Shown: positions 22,533 through 32,912, counted from the stretch's first letter. The stretch: DNA of 64,000 nucleotides from an uncultured Chthonomonadaceae bacterium (GCA_963817895.1 CAWFQB010000014.1:576001-640000), one strand, 5' to 3'. Notes: generated by a model not told the origin, from the letters alone. Numbers and translations are program-made.

Positions 22533-22930
22533 CTGAGAAATCCATTCTCCGCCCTGGCGATCTACACTATTTCGTGTACGGGATTTTGTCTCAACCTATT
22601 GTGGCACACAGGGTCAGGCGAATTGAAGAAAATTCCGCCGATGCCAGTGACTCTCTTCATATCTGTCTCCTATTCGTGGGTACGAATACCCATCCCTTTC
22701 GCCCCGAAACCTGCGCAGAAGGGAGATGTTATGGCCGCAGGCTCTCCACTTTCATTTCGAGCCTGAAGAACAGAAACCATACAGCGCCAACAGCCTTGAA
22801 CAGGCTGTTAGTGGTTCCTCTCTCCCTACTCTATTTCCCAACGGCGAAGCGGAAAAGGCAGGCGAAATTTTTTACATTCTTTTTTCATTTTAAGCAGCGG
22901 CAGTCAGACACAAGCGCGCCTGGGGAATTG

Positions 22931-23425
22931 TCACCGCAACTTCGTTTCCCAGTACCAATCCACGTAATCGGTATCTACGGTTTCTCCACCCAACTGGTCT
23001 ACAAGCAATGCGATCTGTCCCCGATGGTAGAAAGCGTGACCGAACAACTGAACGACCTGCGCTTCGACCGGCAGGCGAAAACGCTCCTCGCCCCCTTCGG
23101 TAAACTCGAAGTCTTGCGCAATTCGGTCTTCATCAAGGCGCGCGAGATAGTCTGTCCACCGGCTTTCAAGGGCGTCGAAACGGGGCCGTAGCGTGGCAAG
23201 GTCACACCGCTTATCCCACCAGGCGGCGTAGACATTGCCCTCGCCATCCATGCGCTCCAGCCAGTTTTCGCGGCAGGCCGCCAGATGATCGGCGAGCGTC
23301 ACGGCTTGCTGAAAACGGGCATCGCTACGGTTCGCTTCGGGAATTGATTCGAGCATGGCGAACATCTTGTGATTGGCGTCTTTTTCGTGTTCGTACATCA
23401 ACCGATAACGTTCGAGCAGAGACAT
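22931..23425 (-). CDS. DinB family protein
   Basis: His triad pattern DHL...HAFYHRGQI; SD GGAGGAG. Confidence 0.85.
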   Translation of the reverse strand: MSLLERYRLMYEHEKDANHKMFAMLESIPEANRSDARFQQAVTLADHLAACRENWLERMDGEGNVYAAWWDKRCDLATLRPRFDALESRWTDYLARLDEDRIAQDFEFTEGGEERFRLPVEAQVVQLFGHAFYHRGQIALLVDQLGGETVDTDYVDWYWETKLR

Positions 23426-23667
23426 GGGAAACTCCTCCGATTTTGGAACCCTGCAACGCGATAGCAGGGGTTTCGCTTCTATGGTTTTATTATAGCGCGT
23501 CCTATTAAGTAAAAAGGCAGAATTCGTATTATATCTTTTAATCCTCTATCTTGTGCTACTATAGTTTGTGCTACTATCCTACGCGCATAGCCGGAGCGCA
23601 ATACCCCGCGCCATATGTTCCGGTTATACTTCACACTGCGCAGTTTCAAAATCAGGAGGACGCAAGA

Positions 23668-23985
23668 ATGAAACACCTGTTCGTGACTCTGCTCACGGCC
23701 TCGATCATCGGGTTAGGCAGCCTGAACGTCAGTCCGGCGGCAGCTCAAGACAAAATGGCCCCCGGCAAAATGGCTCCGGGCAAAATGGCTCCCGCCAAAA
23801 AGGATAACCGGGCTTCCAACGTTTACGTATGTAAAGCCTGCAAAACCTACTACCCGTCCGCTTCCGCGAAAACGATGAGCTACAAAGACGCGATGGGCCA
23901 CAAACTGGCACACATGGACAAGGCTCCCGTCGGCTACAAGGATGGCAGCAAGATGAAAATGGATAAAATGCCCGGCAAAATGTAG
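23668..23985 (+). CDS. Small secreted Met/Lys-rich protein with CxxC
   Basis: SD AGGAGG, signal peptide, KMAPG-type repeats, YVCKAC. Confidence 0.75.
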   Translation: MKHLFVTLLTASIIGLGSLNVSPAAAQDKMAPGKMAPGKMAPAKKDNRASNVYVCKACKTYYPSASAKTMSYKDAMGHKLAHMDKAPVGYKDGSKMKMDKMPGKM

Positions 23986-24355
23986 CGCCAGCAAAGCAGC
24001 GGCACACTTCTGAGACTTCTGGGCATCGCTGCTACATTGCAGAACGGCGTGACAGAGTAAAGTCTGCGCAACGCCGTTCTGCAAACCGCGGGACGCAGGC
24101 AGGCAACATCTCTTGCGCCGCTCTGCCCTGCGCTGCGCAATACCAGACGTGTTCCGGCCTGCGCTGTACCCTGTGTGAGTTCGCAATGAAACGCCGCTCA
24201 CCGATGAACGCGTGGTCGTCAATCCTATTCAGAATTGGATACCTGATGAAAACACCTTTTGGGACGATAGCAGAAATCGTACAGCGACAGGCGTATCAGG
24301 AAGTCATTCTGTTCGACAAACATCAAATTCGGAGGGGAAAATAATCCAGAATTAC

Positions 24356-25503
24356 ATGGATCAGATACTTGCCGACCCCGCCTTCACCGGCGCTGTCGGC
24401 ACGATTGATGCTGAAGTCTGTGTTGCTTTTGACCGGGCGCGTCTGCGCTGTACCTATAATGAAAAGGACTGGCTGAAAGCGCAGGTACAGCAGGCCGGCG
24501 GCAGCCTGACATTTCTGACCGACCTGAAGCAGTGGCAGTTAAGAGGGATAAGGCCGGATGAACTTCCCGAAGCCCTTCAGCGTTTTGTCGTATATCGTGG
24601 CTGCGCGTACGCTTTCGTCTGGTATCGGAGTGACAGCCCCGCGTTACGAAGTTTCCTTGATCGGCTTAATAGAGGCTTCAAAATTTATCCCATAGTTTAT
24701 GATGCCGCCCGGCACGAGTTCCTGATTACGCAACAACCCCACCACCCCGGCCACTTTACAGAACCCGATTCTCTCCTCCATCCCGTTCTTCAAACGCTTA
24801 CTCCTGACCCGATGCGGACTATGACCGTCACGGAAGACGTTCGGGCCATGCAGCGTCAGAACGCGGCCTATCACGGCTTTCTTGTAAACGAGTACGGCAA
24901 AAATCTGTTTGAACAGGTTGTGCTTCCCCGGATTTTGATAAACTTCGGCGTGGGCGCCTGCTTTTTCCCGTGGATGTAGACCGTATTTTTTACTCCCTGA
25001 CCGCAGGGGAATACGAGTTCTGGGCCTTCGAGATTAAACACAAATACCCGAATGTACCCGCCTACGGCCAGCCAGCCTATTTTGGCCTGAACCTCGGAGA
25101 ACAGGCCGTGCTGGAACGGCTTCTGGCCTGCGACATCAAAATCATGCACACCATCCTGGTAAAACCGGTATGGGATGATACGGTATCCACGATGTCCATG
25201 TATACCAACAACAAACTGCGCGACGCGGCCCTGTTGATTTACCGTATTTTCGATGCTCCCTACATGGATACACTGCGCTCCCGGCCGGTTCTGCAATCTG
25301 GAGGCAAGACGACGGTGACCGGCAGAGGCAAACTCTCCTACCGCGCTCTTCCCGTCAACGAGTTTTATGAGATTGGGCCATTCTCTGCGCCTCAGAGTGA
25401 AACGGCTTCGGCGCTGGCTCACATTCTGCGGACTTCTGCGGCAACAGGCGAAATCGGCGTCACAACCCGGAGGCTGCATAGCCTGCGACAGCAAAATTTC
25501 TGA
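24356..25503 (+). CDS. Putative PD-(D/E)xK nuclease-like protein, one frameshift near 24965; start uncertain
   Basis: Two ORFs overlap at a T/C homopolymer; DVD...FWAFEIKHKYP. Confidence 0.55.
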
Positions 25504-25639
25504 CGCGCCTGTCCCTGAATCGGCGCAGTGTGATGCCCTGTCTGTTTATCTATCCTGCCATTGCCCGATTCATGCAGGAACCGGCGCGTTTGTGGCGAAC
25601 TACACAACGGATTATCAACCTTTTTCAATGGAGCATGGC

Positions 25640-26578
25640 ATGAAAACACGGGCGATTGGGGCGTTGCAGGCGACGGTAGTAGGCGTGGGCTGCAATAACT
25701 TCGGCGGGCGATTGGATGCGGACGCGACGGCGCAAGTGGTACATGCCGCGCTGGATGCTGGCATTAACTTTTTCGATACCGCCGACATTTACGGCGGCAC
25801 GAAAAGCGAGGAGTTTTTGGGGCAGGCGTTGGGCAGCAGGCGCGACGACATCCTGATTGCCACAAAATTCGGCATTAAACTGGATGAGGCCCGATTGGGC
25901 GGCGCGGCTCCCGGTTATATAGAAACGGCGGTTGAGGACAGCCTGCGCCGGTTGGGAACGGATCGCATTGACCTGTACCAACTGCACACGCCGGACAAAA
26001 ATGTTCCCATTGCCGACACGCTGGCCGCGCTCGACAAAGCGGTACAGGCGGGCAAAGTTCGCGAAATCGGCTGTTCCAATTTCACCGCCGAACAACTGCG
26101 CGAAGCCGAAGCCGCCGCCAAAACCGGGGCGCGTTTCGTCAGTGTCCAGAACCACTACAGCCTGCTGCATCGAGAACCGGAACAGGATGGCGTACTGACC
26201 GAGTGCGAACATCTCAATCTCGCCATGCTCCCCTACTTTCCCCTTGCCAACGGCCTGCTGACGGGCAAATTTCGCAAGGGCCAGCCCCGTCCCGAAGGAA
26301 CCCGTCTTTCCGGCGCGAATGGCGATAAATGGCTGACCGACCAGAACCTCGACCTTGCCGAGAGCCTGCTTGCGTTTGCCGAATCGCGCGGCCATTCGCT
26401 GCTGGAACTGGCGTTCGCGTGGCTTCTGGCGCAGCCAACCGTTGCATCCGTGATTGCGGGCGCGACCAAAGTAGAACAAATCCATGCCAACGCTGCCGCC
26501 GCCGACTGGCAATTGAGCCATGAGGAACTCACACAAATCAATCGGATTCTCACTGTCTTGGACAAGGTTGCCGTATGA
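25640..26578 (+). CDS. Aldo/keto reductase
   Basis: GVGCNNFG, FDTADIYG, IATKFG, IDLYQLH, PLANGLLTGK. Confidence 0.93.
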   Translation: MKTRAIGALQATVVGVGCNNFGGRLDADATAQVVHAALDAGINFFDTADIYGGTKSEEFLGQALGSRRDDILIATKFGIKLDEARLGGAAPGYIETAVEDSLRRLGTDRIDLYQLHTPDKNVPIADTLAALDKAVQAGKVREIGCSNFTAEQLREAEAAAKTGARFVSVQNHYSLLHREPEQDGVLTECEHLNLAMLPYFPLANGLLTGKFRKGQPRPEGTRLSGANGDKWLTDQNLDLAESLLAFAESRGHSLLELAFAWLLAQPTVASVIAGATKVEQIHANAAAADWQLSHEELTQINRILTVLDKVAV

Positions 26579-29103
26579 AATTTTCTTTGCTCTGTTTTGT
26601 CTTGTTGTCGCTTTGCCTGCGGCCTGCCTTTTCGCAGGGTACGCAGGCGGATTATGACCGCGCCAATCATCTTGACCGCTTGTTTGGGGGCAAGGTGTCG
26701 CGCGGGGCCGTTCGTCCCAACTGGCAGGAGGGCGGCAATCGTTTTTGGTATCGCAATGATCTGGCGGATGGCAAGCGCGAGTATATCCTCGTTGATCCTG
26801 CCGCGCCCTCGAAAAAGCCCGCGTTTGACCATGTTCGCATGGCTCGCGCGCTTTCCGAAACGTTGGGCAAACCTGTTGCGGCGGAACGTTTGCCCCTTGA
26901 CAGCCTTGCCTTTGCGCCCGACAACAAGACTCTGCGCGTTCAGGTACAGGGCAAAACCTACGCCTGCGACCTGCAAACCTACGCCCTGCGTCTGGAACCG
27001 AAAGCGATTGTTCAGGCGAATGGGCTTGCGCCGGATGCGGGGCCGCGCAGTTCGCTGCGAACGGGCGACGAAACCACGCTCACCTTCCAGAACGATCTCA
27101 AAGAGAGCATCGCGCTTTTCTGGCTGGATACGGAGGGGCAGCGCAAGCCGTATGGAACCCTCAAACCGGGCGAACGGCGCGATCTGCACACGTATGCCGG
27201 ACATGTCTGGCTTGTCGTTGACAGCGGCGGCAAACCCCTTTCCAAATGGGTCGCGCAGGACACGGCGGATGTTGCTGTTATCAACGGCGTCGCGCTTGCC
27301 ACTGCCCCGCGCCCGCGCCGTCAACGTAATCGCAGTGATGGCTCCACCTCCCCGGATGGCAAATGGCGCGTTGTCCTGCATGACAGCAATGTGTTTCTGG
27401 CAGACGCGCAGAGTGGACAGGAGACGCGGCTGACACAGGATGGAACGCCCGATGACCGCTACAATGAAGGGCCATACTGGTCGCCCGACTCGTCTCATTT
27501 TGTGGTGATGAAGACCATTCCCGCGCAGGAACATAAAGTGTATCTGGTTGAGTCTTCGCCCAAAGATCAGGAACAGCCTAAAGTTCATATCAATGACTAT
27601 TTGAAACCCGGTGACCGTATCGCGCATCCCCGCCCGCATCTGTTCGACGTAAACGCCAAACGCGACATTCCTCTTTCCGACACGCTGTTTCCCAACCCGT
27701 GGGAAATTAACGACCTGCAATGGGAACCGGATTCTCATCGTTTCACGTTTCTGTACAATCAGCGCGGGCATCAGATCATGCGGCTTGTAGGCGTGGATGT
27801 TCCCTCCGACGCGACAAAATCCGGGGACATAAAAGCGGTCATTGATGAGCAGGCGAAAACGTTCATTGACTGGACGAACAAGGTGTATCTGCATCGCCTG
27901 CCTCCCACGCATGAAGCCGTCTGGATGTCGGAACGGGACGGCTGGAACCATCTGTATCTGTACGATACGGCATTGGGAACGGTCAAAAACCAGATTACGA
28001 AGGGCAATTGGGTTGTGAGGGGCGTGGATCGGGTTGATGACGCGAAACGGCAGATATGGTTCCGGGCGGGTGGAATCGCGCCGGGGCAAGACCCCTATTA
28101 CATCCACTATTGCCGGGTCAATTTCGATGGAACCGGGCTTGTGGATTTAACGCCCGGGGACGGTACGCACACCCTTGCCGCTTCACCCGATGGCGCGACT
28201 TTTGTGGATACGTATTCTCGCGTGGACATGCCACCCGTTTCGGAGTTGCGGCGAATGAGCGACGGGAGCAAGGTTTTGGATTTGGAAAAGGCGGATGCTT
28301 CGGCACTAACGGCTGCCGGCTGGAAAGCGCCGGGACGCTTTGTTTCCAAAGGGCGCGACGGCGTGACCGACATTTACGGCGTGATTGTCCGCCCGACAAA
28401 CTTCAACTCCAACCGCAAATACCCGGTTGTGGAAAACATCTACGCGGGGCCGCAGGGTTCGTTCGCGCCGAAAGCGTTCGCGCCCAACAACGGTTTGCAG
28501 GCGATGGCGGAACTGGGCTTCATCGTAGTCCAAATGGACGGCATGGGAACCAACAACCGCTCCAAAGCCTTCCATGACGTGTGCTGGCAAAACCTTGCGG
28601 ACGCGGGCTTCCCGGATCGCATCCGCTGGATACGGGCGGCAGGGGCGAAATATCCCTACATGGATTTGAACCGCGTGGGCATTTACGGCACATCGGCGGG
28701 CGGGCAGAACGCTTTGGGCGGATTATTGCTGCACGGGGATTTCTATAAGGCGGGCGTGGCGGACTGCGGCTGCCATGACAATCGCATGGATAAAATCTGG
28801 TGGAACGAGCAGTGGATGGGCTGGCCGGTCGGCCCGCAATACGCCGCGAACTCGAATGTCACCCTCGCGCCGAAACTGACGGGCAAACTGCTGCTCATGG
28901 TGGGCGAAATGGACACGAACGTAGACCCCGCCAGCACGATGCAGGTCGTGAACGCGCTCATCAAAGCCGACAAAGATTTCGAGTTGCTCGTCATGCCGGG
29001 ACAGGGACACGGCGTGGTCGGCTCTCCCTACGGCAAACGGCGATTGCAGGATTTTCTCGTCCGCAGCCTGCTCAACGTGGAACCCCGCGCTGTAGTTCAA
29101 TAA
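26575..29103 (+). CDS. Secreted S9B dipeptidyl-peptidase-IV-like protein with an inserted VHL beta-domain
   Basis: GTSAGG nucleophile, DTNVD, GQGH; SERDGWNHLYLYD; VHL-like insert at about 27061-27285. Confidence 0.9.
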   Translation: MKFSLLCFVLLSLCLRPAFSQGTQADYDRANHLDRLFGGKVSRGAVRPNWQEGGNRFWYRNDLADGKREYILVDPAAPSKKPAFDHVRMARALSETLGKPVAAERLPLDSLAFAPDNKTLRVQVQGKTYACDLQTYALRLEPKAIVQANGLAPDAGPRSSLRTGDETTLTFQNDLKESIALFWLDTEGQRKPYGTLKPGERRDLHTYAGHVWLVVDSGGKPLSKWVAQDTADVAVINGVALATAPRPRRQRNRSDGSTSPDGKWRVVLHDSNVFLADAQSGQETRLTQDGTPDDRYNEGPYWSPDSSHFVVMKTIPAQEHKVYLVESSPKDQEQPKVHINDYLKPGDRIAHPRPHLFDVNAKRDIPLSDTLFPNPWEINDLQWEPDSHRFTFLYNQRGHQIMRLVGVDVPSDATKSGDIKAVIDEQAKTFIDWTNKVYLHRLPPTHEAVWMSERDGWNHLYLYDTALGTVKNQITKGNWVVRGVDRVDDAKRQIWFRAGGIAPGQDPYYIHYCRVNFDGTGLVDLTPGDGTHTLAASPDGATFVDTYSRVDMPPVSELRRMSDGSKVLDLEKADASALTAAGWKAPGRFVSKGRDGVTDIYGVIVRPTNFNSNRKYPVVENIYAGPQGSFAPKAFAPNNGLQAMAELGFIVVQMDGMGTNNRSKAFHDVCWQNLADAGFPDRIRWIRAAGAKYPYMDLNRVGIYGTSAGGQNALGGLLLHGDFYKAGVADCGCHDNRMDKIWWNEQWMGWPVGPQYAANSNVTLAPKLTGKLLLMVGEMDTNVDPASTMQVVNALIKADKDFELLVMPGQGHGVVGSPYGKRRLQDFLVRSLLNVEPRAVVQ

Positions 29104-29144
29104 CGCCGGTTCGAGAAAAAGGTATCTAAACGGCAGGTTCACCC

Positions 29145-32100
29145 CTATTCCGCAATCTCCTCCGTCTCGGCCTCTTCGACAGGAGGCGCGCTGCCCAGAA
29201 CGCGGGCGCGGTCAGCAGGATCGGCAATGCCGTACAGGTCGAGTACGCGCCGATCTATCATCGCGTCCGTGTCGGCAATGGCGTTCAGGCGGGTTGTGAT
29301 GGTTGCCGTAACCTGCGCTTCGCGCGCGAACAGACGGTGCAGGGCGTCCGCGTCGGCAGGCAGCAGGGCGGTGTCGCTGATCTCGTCCCACGAACGCGCC
29401 TGCCACTGCGGACGCGCCAGATAGTTGAGGAGGTAGCGCCGAACGTCCGCGCTGTCCACGTCCAGCCATAGTTGATTGGCGCGGAGGACAACCGTATTCG
29501 GAAATTTGTTCGGCGTGAACACCCGCCCGATTTGCGCGGACACATCGCAGGCTTCGGGGATACGCAGCAGGTTCATAGCGCGGGCGTCGAACAGGGACAC
29601 GACGGGAAAGTTTTTGTCCTGTGTCTGCAACTCGCGCAGCAGCGTGTCGTAGGGAGTCTGAATATCGGGCGTCCCATCGCGCCGCGTTCGGATAACATAG
29701 CCCTGTTCGCGCAACACATTCAGCGCGGCGTGATGCGCCAGAAGTTCGTCTACATGCGCGACAAGTTCACCCTGCGTCGCGGCGTCTGCGGGATAGATAG
29801 GTAATTGCCGGAAGTACGCAGGGGTGACATGGACGTTTTCATATTGACGCGCATACCAGTAGTTCAGCAGAGATGAATTGAACAGCGCCAGTATATACTT
29901 GAGGTCGTATGCCGGGTCTGAAGCGATTATATTGTTGAAATTCTTACGGTGGTAGAACTTTTGTTCGTCATAAGTTGCTACGAGACGCCGGTATAGCGAA
30001 CGGTCACGCATGTCTTGCGTGATAAGTTTAGGGGTGTCGAAAAAGCGTTGTTCTCGCGCGCGGCACAGCCAATTGCCATACTTGATATAAGGATGCGCCT
30101 TTCCCCAACGCTGTTCGTAGCGTCCAATAAACGCAGTCGTGTCTAGTAAAGGCTTCCATTGTGGTTCGTTAGAAGGCACTTCCCGTTGTAGTTTGATGTA
30201 GCTATTTGCTTTCCCCTCGTCTGCTGTTGTATACGGGTCAATTCCTGCACTGCTTTCCGTAATCTCGCCAAGACGAAGAATCTTCGTTGCAGTTCCGCCA
30301 GTAACAGGTACGCGACAGGCTTCTTCAACCTGTTTCAGCAGGTCATTCCAGCGAACTTTGATTTCGTGGCCTGTGGAGTCTATCCAATCAGCCTGCTTAT
30401 GCGCAAAGGTTTCCTTCCAATCTCGCGCTATGAGTTTGTCCAGTTTGTCCCGCACACCCATGCTGTAAACTTGTGTGTCTTGTGTTCGCCGCCGTGTGCC
30501 ATCACTATCTGAAGTCAGGAACAGCAACGCGCAATTAACGACCGCATCGCTCCAGATACCCTGCGGCAAATTGACAATCTGCTCAATACGGCCCGCCGTC
30601 AACAGCCGTTCACGTAATGCCTGCGTGTTGGTTCCCATCAGGTACGTATCCGGCGTAATGAAACCTAACCGCCCATTCTGGCCGAGCAGTCGCAAACCGA
30701 GCGCAAAGAAGAACACATACGTATCCGGCTGCCCGCCGAACACATCCCCGTACCACTCGCGCAGATTTATTTTGTACGAGTCGGTTAGGCCCGCGCCGTA
30801 GGGAGGATTTGCCACCACCCACGCGAAACCGGGCGCGTACTTGTCCTGCCGCGCCTTGATGCTGTCTACCACATCCAATTCTTCCGCCATCAGGGTATTG
30901 GCGCGGGCGTAGCGCAGAATGTTGGTGGACGGGGCCAGCGCGTCCACATTGTAGATATGGAACCGCTGCAAGCGCGGCGGCGTTTTGCCGTCAATCGCCA
31001 GTTTCACCAGATCAAGCACCTGTATGAGCAGGTTCACTTCCGCCAGATAACACGCGAACGGGTTCAGGTCGAAACCGTACAGATTCTCGCGCACGCTGTT
31101 GAGCAGGCTGCGCGGATTCATCGCCCCGCCCGCTTTGTACGCCGCCACCAGTCGCCGCGCCGCCTCGACAAGAAACGTGCCGCTGCCGCAGGCCGGGTCT
31201 ATGAGCCGCTTGTTCTGCCCGATGATGTCCGGTCCCGTTTGGTAGCCCGCCTCGTCCAGAATGTAGCGCACAATCGCGGGCGGCGTGTAGTATTGCCCCT
31301 TCTGTTTCTTTTCCGGGCGTTCCACATACGTGTTGTAGATCGTGCCGATGAGGTCGCTGTCCACGTCCGCGAAGTTGAAGCGGCTCAACTGATGCAGGAC
31401 GCGAATGAAGCGCAGGCGGTCGAGCGTGTACCAGTTGAACAGTTCGCGCCCCGTGAAAAAGTGGGCGTAAATGTTCTGCGCGTTCTGGTACGCCAGATCG
31501 AGGAGGGTGTTGTACGGGTTGCCCTCCACAAAGTCGAAGCGCGGATCAATATACTTTTGCCAGCCGCTCAAGCCGCCGTCCGAGAGAAAGCGATTGGGGA
31601 GGATGCCCTTGTCTTCGCAGACGCGAATGAGAAGCAGGCGGATAAACACGATGTACGTCGCCTGAAGCGCGAACTCATCCCGCCGCTGCGCCTCCTGCAT
31701 CCCGCCGAGCATAGTTTCCTGCACAACGGAAGTCCACAGCGCGTAGTTCTCATAGGTTTCGATGCTTTTGCGGTTGTCGTGCCGCAAAATGGCTTTTCTC
31801 TGATGCCATGCAAAGACAGTATTTCCGAACAGTGTCAGCGCGTCGCCCAATCCCTGTAGGCCGTTATCCCATTTCGACCACGCCTTGCCTGCCTTTTTAT
31901 CCCCGCCGAATTTGCGGGCGCGGGCCATATTGAGCGTTTCCAGAACCTTTGTTAGCAAAGCTCCCGTGTTGAGAAAGGCGAATGGGTCCCGTTCCAGTTC
32001 GCGCATGTCTTCGGCGAGCGTCTGGATTTCGTCCGTTTCCAGCCCCACGAGCGGCGCAAGCGGCGTCAGCAGTTCCATGACGCGAACGCGCTGTCGTTCC

Positions 32101-32912
32101 AGAATATCGCGCCCCCTTTCCGCATCCTCATCCTGCAAACGGTCGCGCCTGTCCTCGTATTCCGCATACGCTTGCAGGTGTCCATCCAGTATCCCCCGCG
32201 CTTCCGCCTGCAAGTCTTGCAGCAGGGTTCGCACCGCGCCCACGAGCATCTCCTGATTGGCCTCATGCCCGCCGAGCGGATACGCCTGCCGCTCCCACGC
32301 CTCCAAATCCATTGCCAGATCGCGTTCGATCTGCTTCCAATCCGCAAACGTTTCACGCCGAAACCGATCCCACAGCAGTTTCAATCCGCGTACCGTATCG
32401 GGCGCAAGGCCGTTCGCGCCCTCCTGCGCCCACTCGGTCAGCGCAAGGGCAACGTCCAAATCCAGAGCGCAGACGGGTTTGAGCGGATCATCGAACTGCC
32501 ATACCATCAGCCGCCTGCCGTTCGTCAGCCAGCCCGCGCGCAATCCCAATCCGCGCAGATACCCGGACAATTGGGCTAAATGGCTTTCCGGGTCATTCGG
32601 ATCAAGCGTCAATTCCAGTCCCGTGCTTTTGTCTTCTATCACGAAACAGGGGCCGAAATCCGGCACCTGCGGCGCGAAGTCCGGGCGTCCGTTCTTGTTG
32701 TTCTGGTTGTACACCTGCTCACCCGGCGCAAAGCCGAGTAAACTCAGCAGCGGGCCGACAATGGCATTATCCACAACAGACGCTTCATCGCCACCGCGTT
32801 TGGGCGCGGGGCGTTGCAGGTAGCGCAGGAAATCACTCCCCTTGAACTGCGGCTGCATAAAGAGCGCGAAAAAGCCTGCCTGAAATTCGTCAAATGTGGA
32901 CATGAGGGACAC
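29145..32912 (-). CDS. Type IIG restriction-modification enzyme (nuclease + N6-adenine MTase + TRD)
   Basis: RPDF...IEDK nuclease motif, LTNG, GQYYTP, DPACGSGTF, NPPY, TaqI_C-like LALFNSSLLNYWY..FRQLPI. Confidence 0.88.
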   Translation of the reverse strand: MSLMSTFDEFQAGFFALFMQPQFKGSDFLRYLQRPAPKRGGDEASVVDNAIVGPLLSLLGFAPGEQVYNQNNKNGRPDFAPQVPDFGPCFVIEDKSTGLELTLDPNDPESHLAQLSGYLRGLGLRAGWLTNGRRLMVWQFDDPLKPVCALDLDVALALTEWAQEGANGLAPDTVRGLKLLWDRFRRETFADWKQIERDLAMDLEAWERQAYPLGGHEANQEMLVGAVRTLLQDLQAEARGILDGHLQAYAEYEDRRDRLQDEDAERGRDILERQRVRVMELLTPLAPLVGLETDEIQTLAEDMRELERDPFAFLNTGALLTKVLETLNMARARKFGGDKKAGKAWSKWDNGLQGLGDALTLFGNTVFAWHQRKAILRHDNRKSIETYENYALWTSVVQETMLGGMQEAQRRDEFALQATYIVFIRLLLIRVCEDKGILPNRFLSDGGLSGWQKYIDPRFDFVEGNPYNTLLDLAYQNAQNIYAHFFTGRELFNWYTLDRLRFIRVLHQLSRFNFADVDSDLIGTIYNTYVERPEKKQKGQYYTPPAIVRYILDEAGYQTGPDIIGQNKRLIDPACGSGTFLVEAARRLVAAYKAGGAMNPRSLLNSVRENLYGFDLNPFACYLAEVNLLIQVLDLVKLAIDGKTPPRLQRFHIYNVDALAPSTNILRYARANTLMAEELDVVDSIKARQDKYAPGFAWVVANPPYGAGLTDSYKINLREWYGDVFGGQPDTYVFFFALGLRLLGQNGRLGFITPDTYLMGTNTQALRERLLTAGRIEQIVNLPQGIWSDAVVNCALLFLTSDSDGTRRRTQDTQVYSMGVRDKLDKLIARDWKETFAHKQADWIDSTGHEIKVRWNDLLKQVEEACRVPVTGGTATKILRLGEITESSAGIDPYTTADEGKANSYIKLQREVPSNEPQWKPLLDTTAFIGRYEQRWGKAHPYIKYGNWLCRAREQRFFDTPKLITQDMRDRSLYRRLVATYDEQKFYHRKNFNNIIASDPAYDLKYILALFNSSLLNYWYARQYENVHVTPAYFRQLPIYPADAATQGELVAHVDELLAHHAALNVLREQGYVIRTRRDGTPDIQTPYDTLLRELQTQDKNFPVVSLFDARAMNLLRIPEACDVSAQIGRVFTPNKFPNTVVLRANQLWLDVDSADVRRYLLNYLARPQWQARSWDEISDTALLPADADALHRLFAREAQVTATITTRLNAIADTDAMIDRRVLDLYGIADPADRARVLGSAPPVEEAETEEIAE

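Larger units (their letters stand above)
20988..22613 (-). mobile_element. IS3-family insertion sequence, 1626 bp, flanked by a TCA direct repeat
   Basis: Imperfect IRs sharing TTGAGACAAAA; TCA at 20985-20987 and 22614-22616; orfA/orfB pair. Confidence 0.88.
20645..22660 (-). pseudogene. VOC/glyoxalase-family gene interrupted by an IS
   Basis: Joining 22660-22617 to 20987-20645 gives an intact 128-aa ORF MKRVTGIGGIFFNSPDPVSLRAWY...DPDGNKVELWEPPAGQ. Confidence 0.85.

Noticed and set aside
26233..28107. Long antisense ORFs (624 aa here; also 11143-12276, 36174-37292, 55940-57061)
   Set aside because: Shadows of well-supported opposite-strand genes in GC-rich DNA, with no motifs
32767..32776. 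DnaA box TTATCCACA
   Set aside because: Single copy inside a CDS, with no cluster or dnaA nearby
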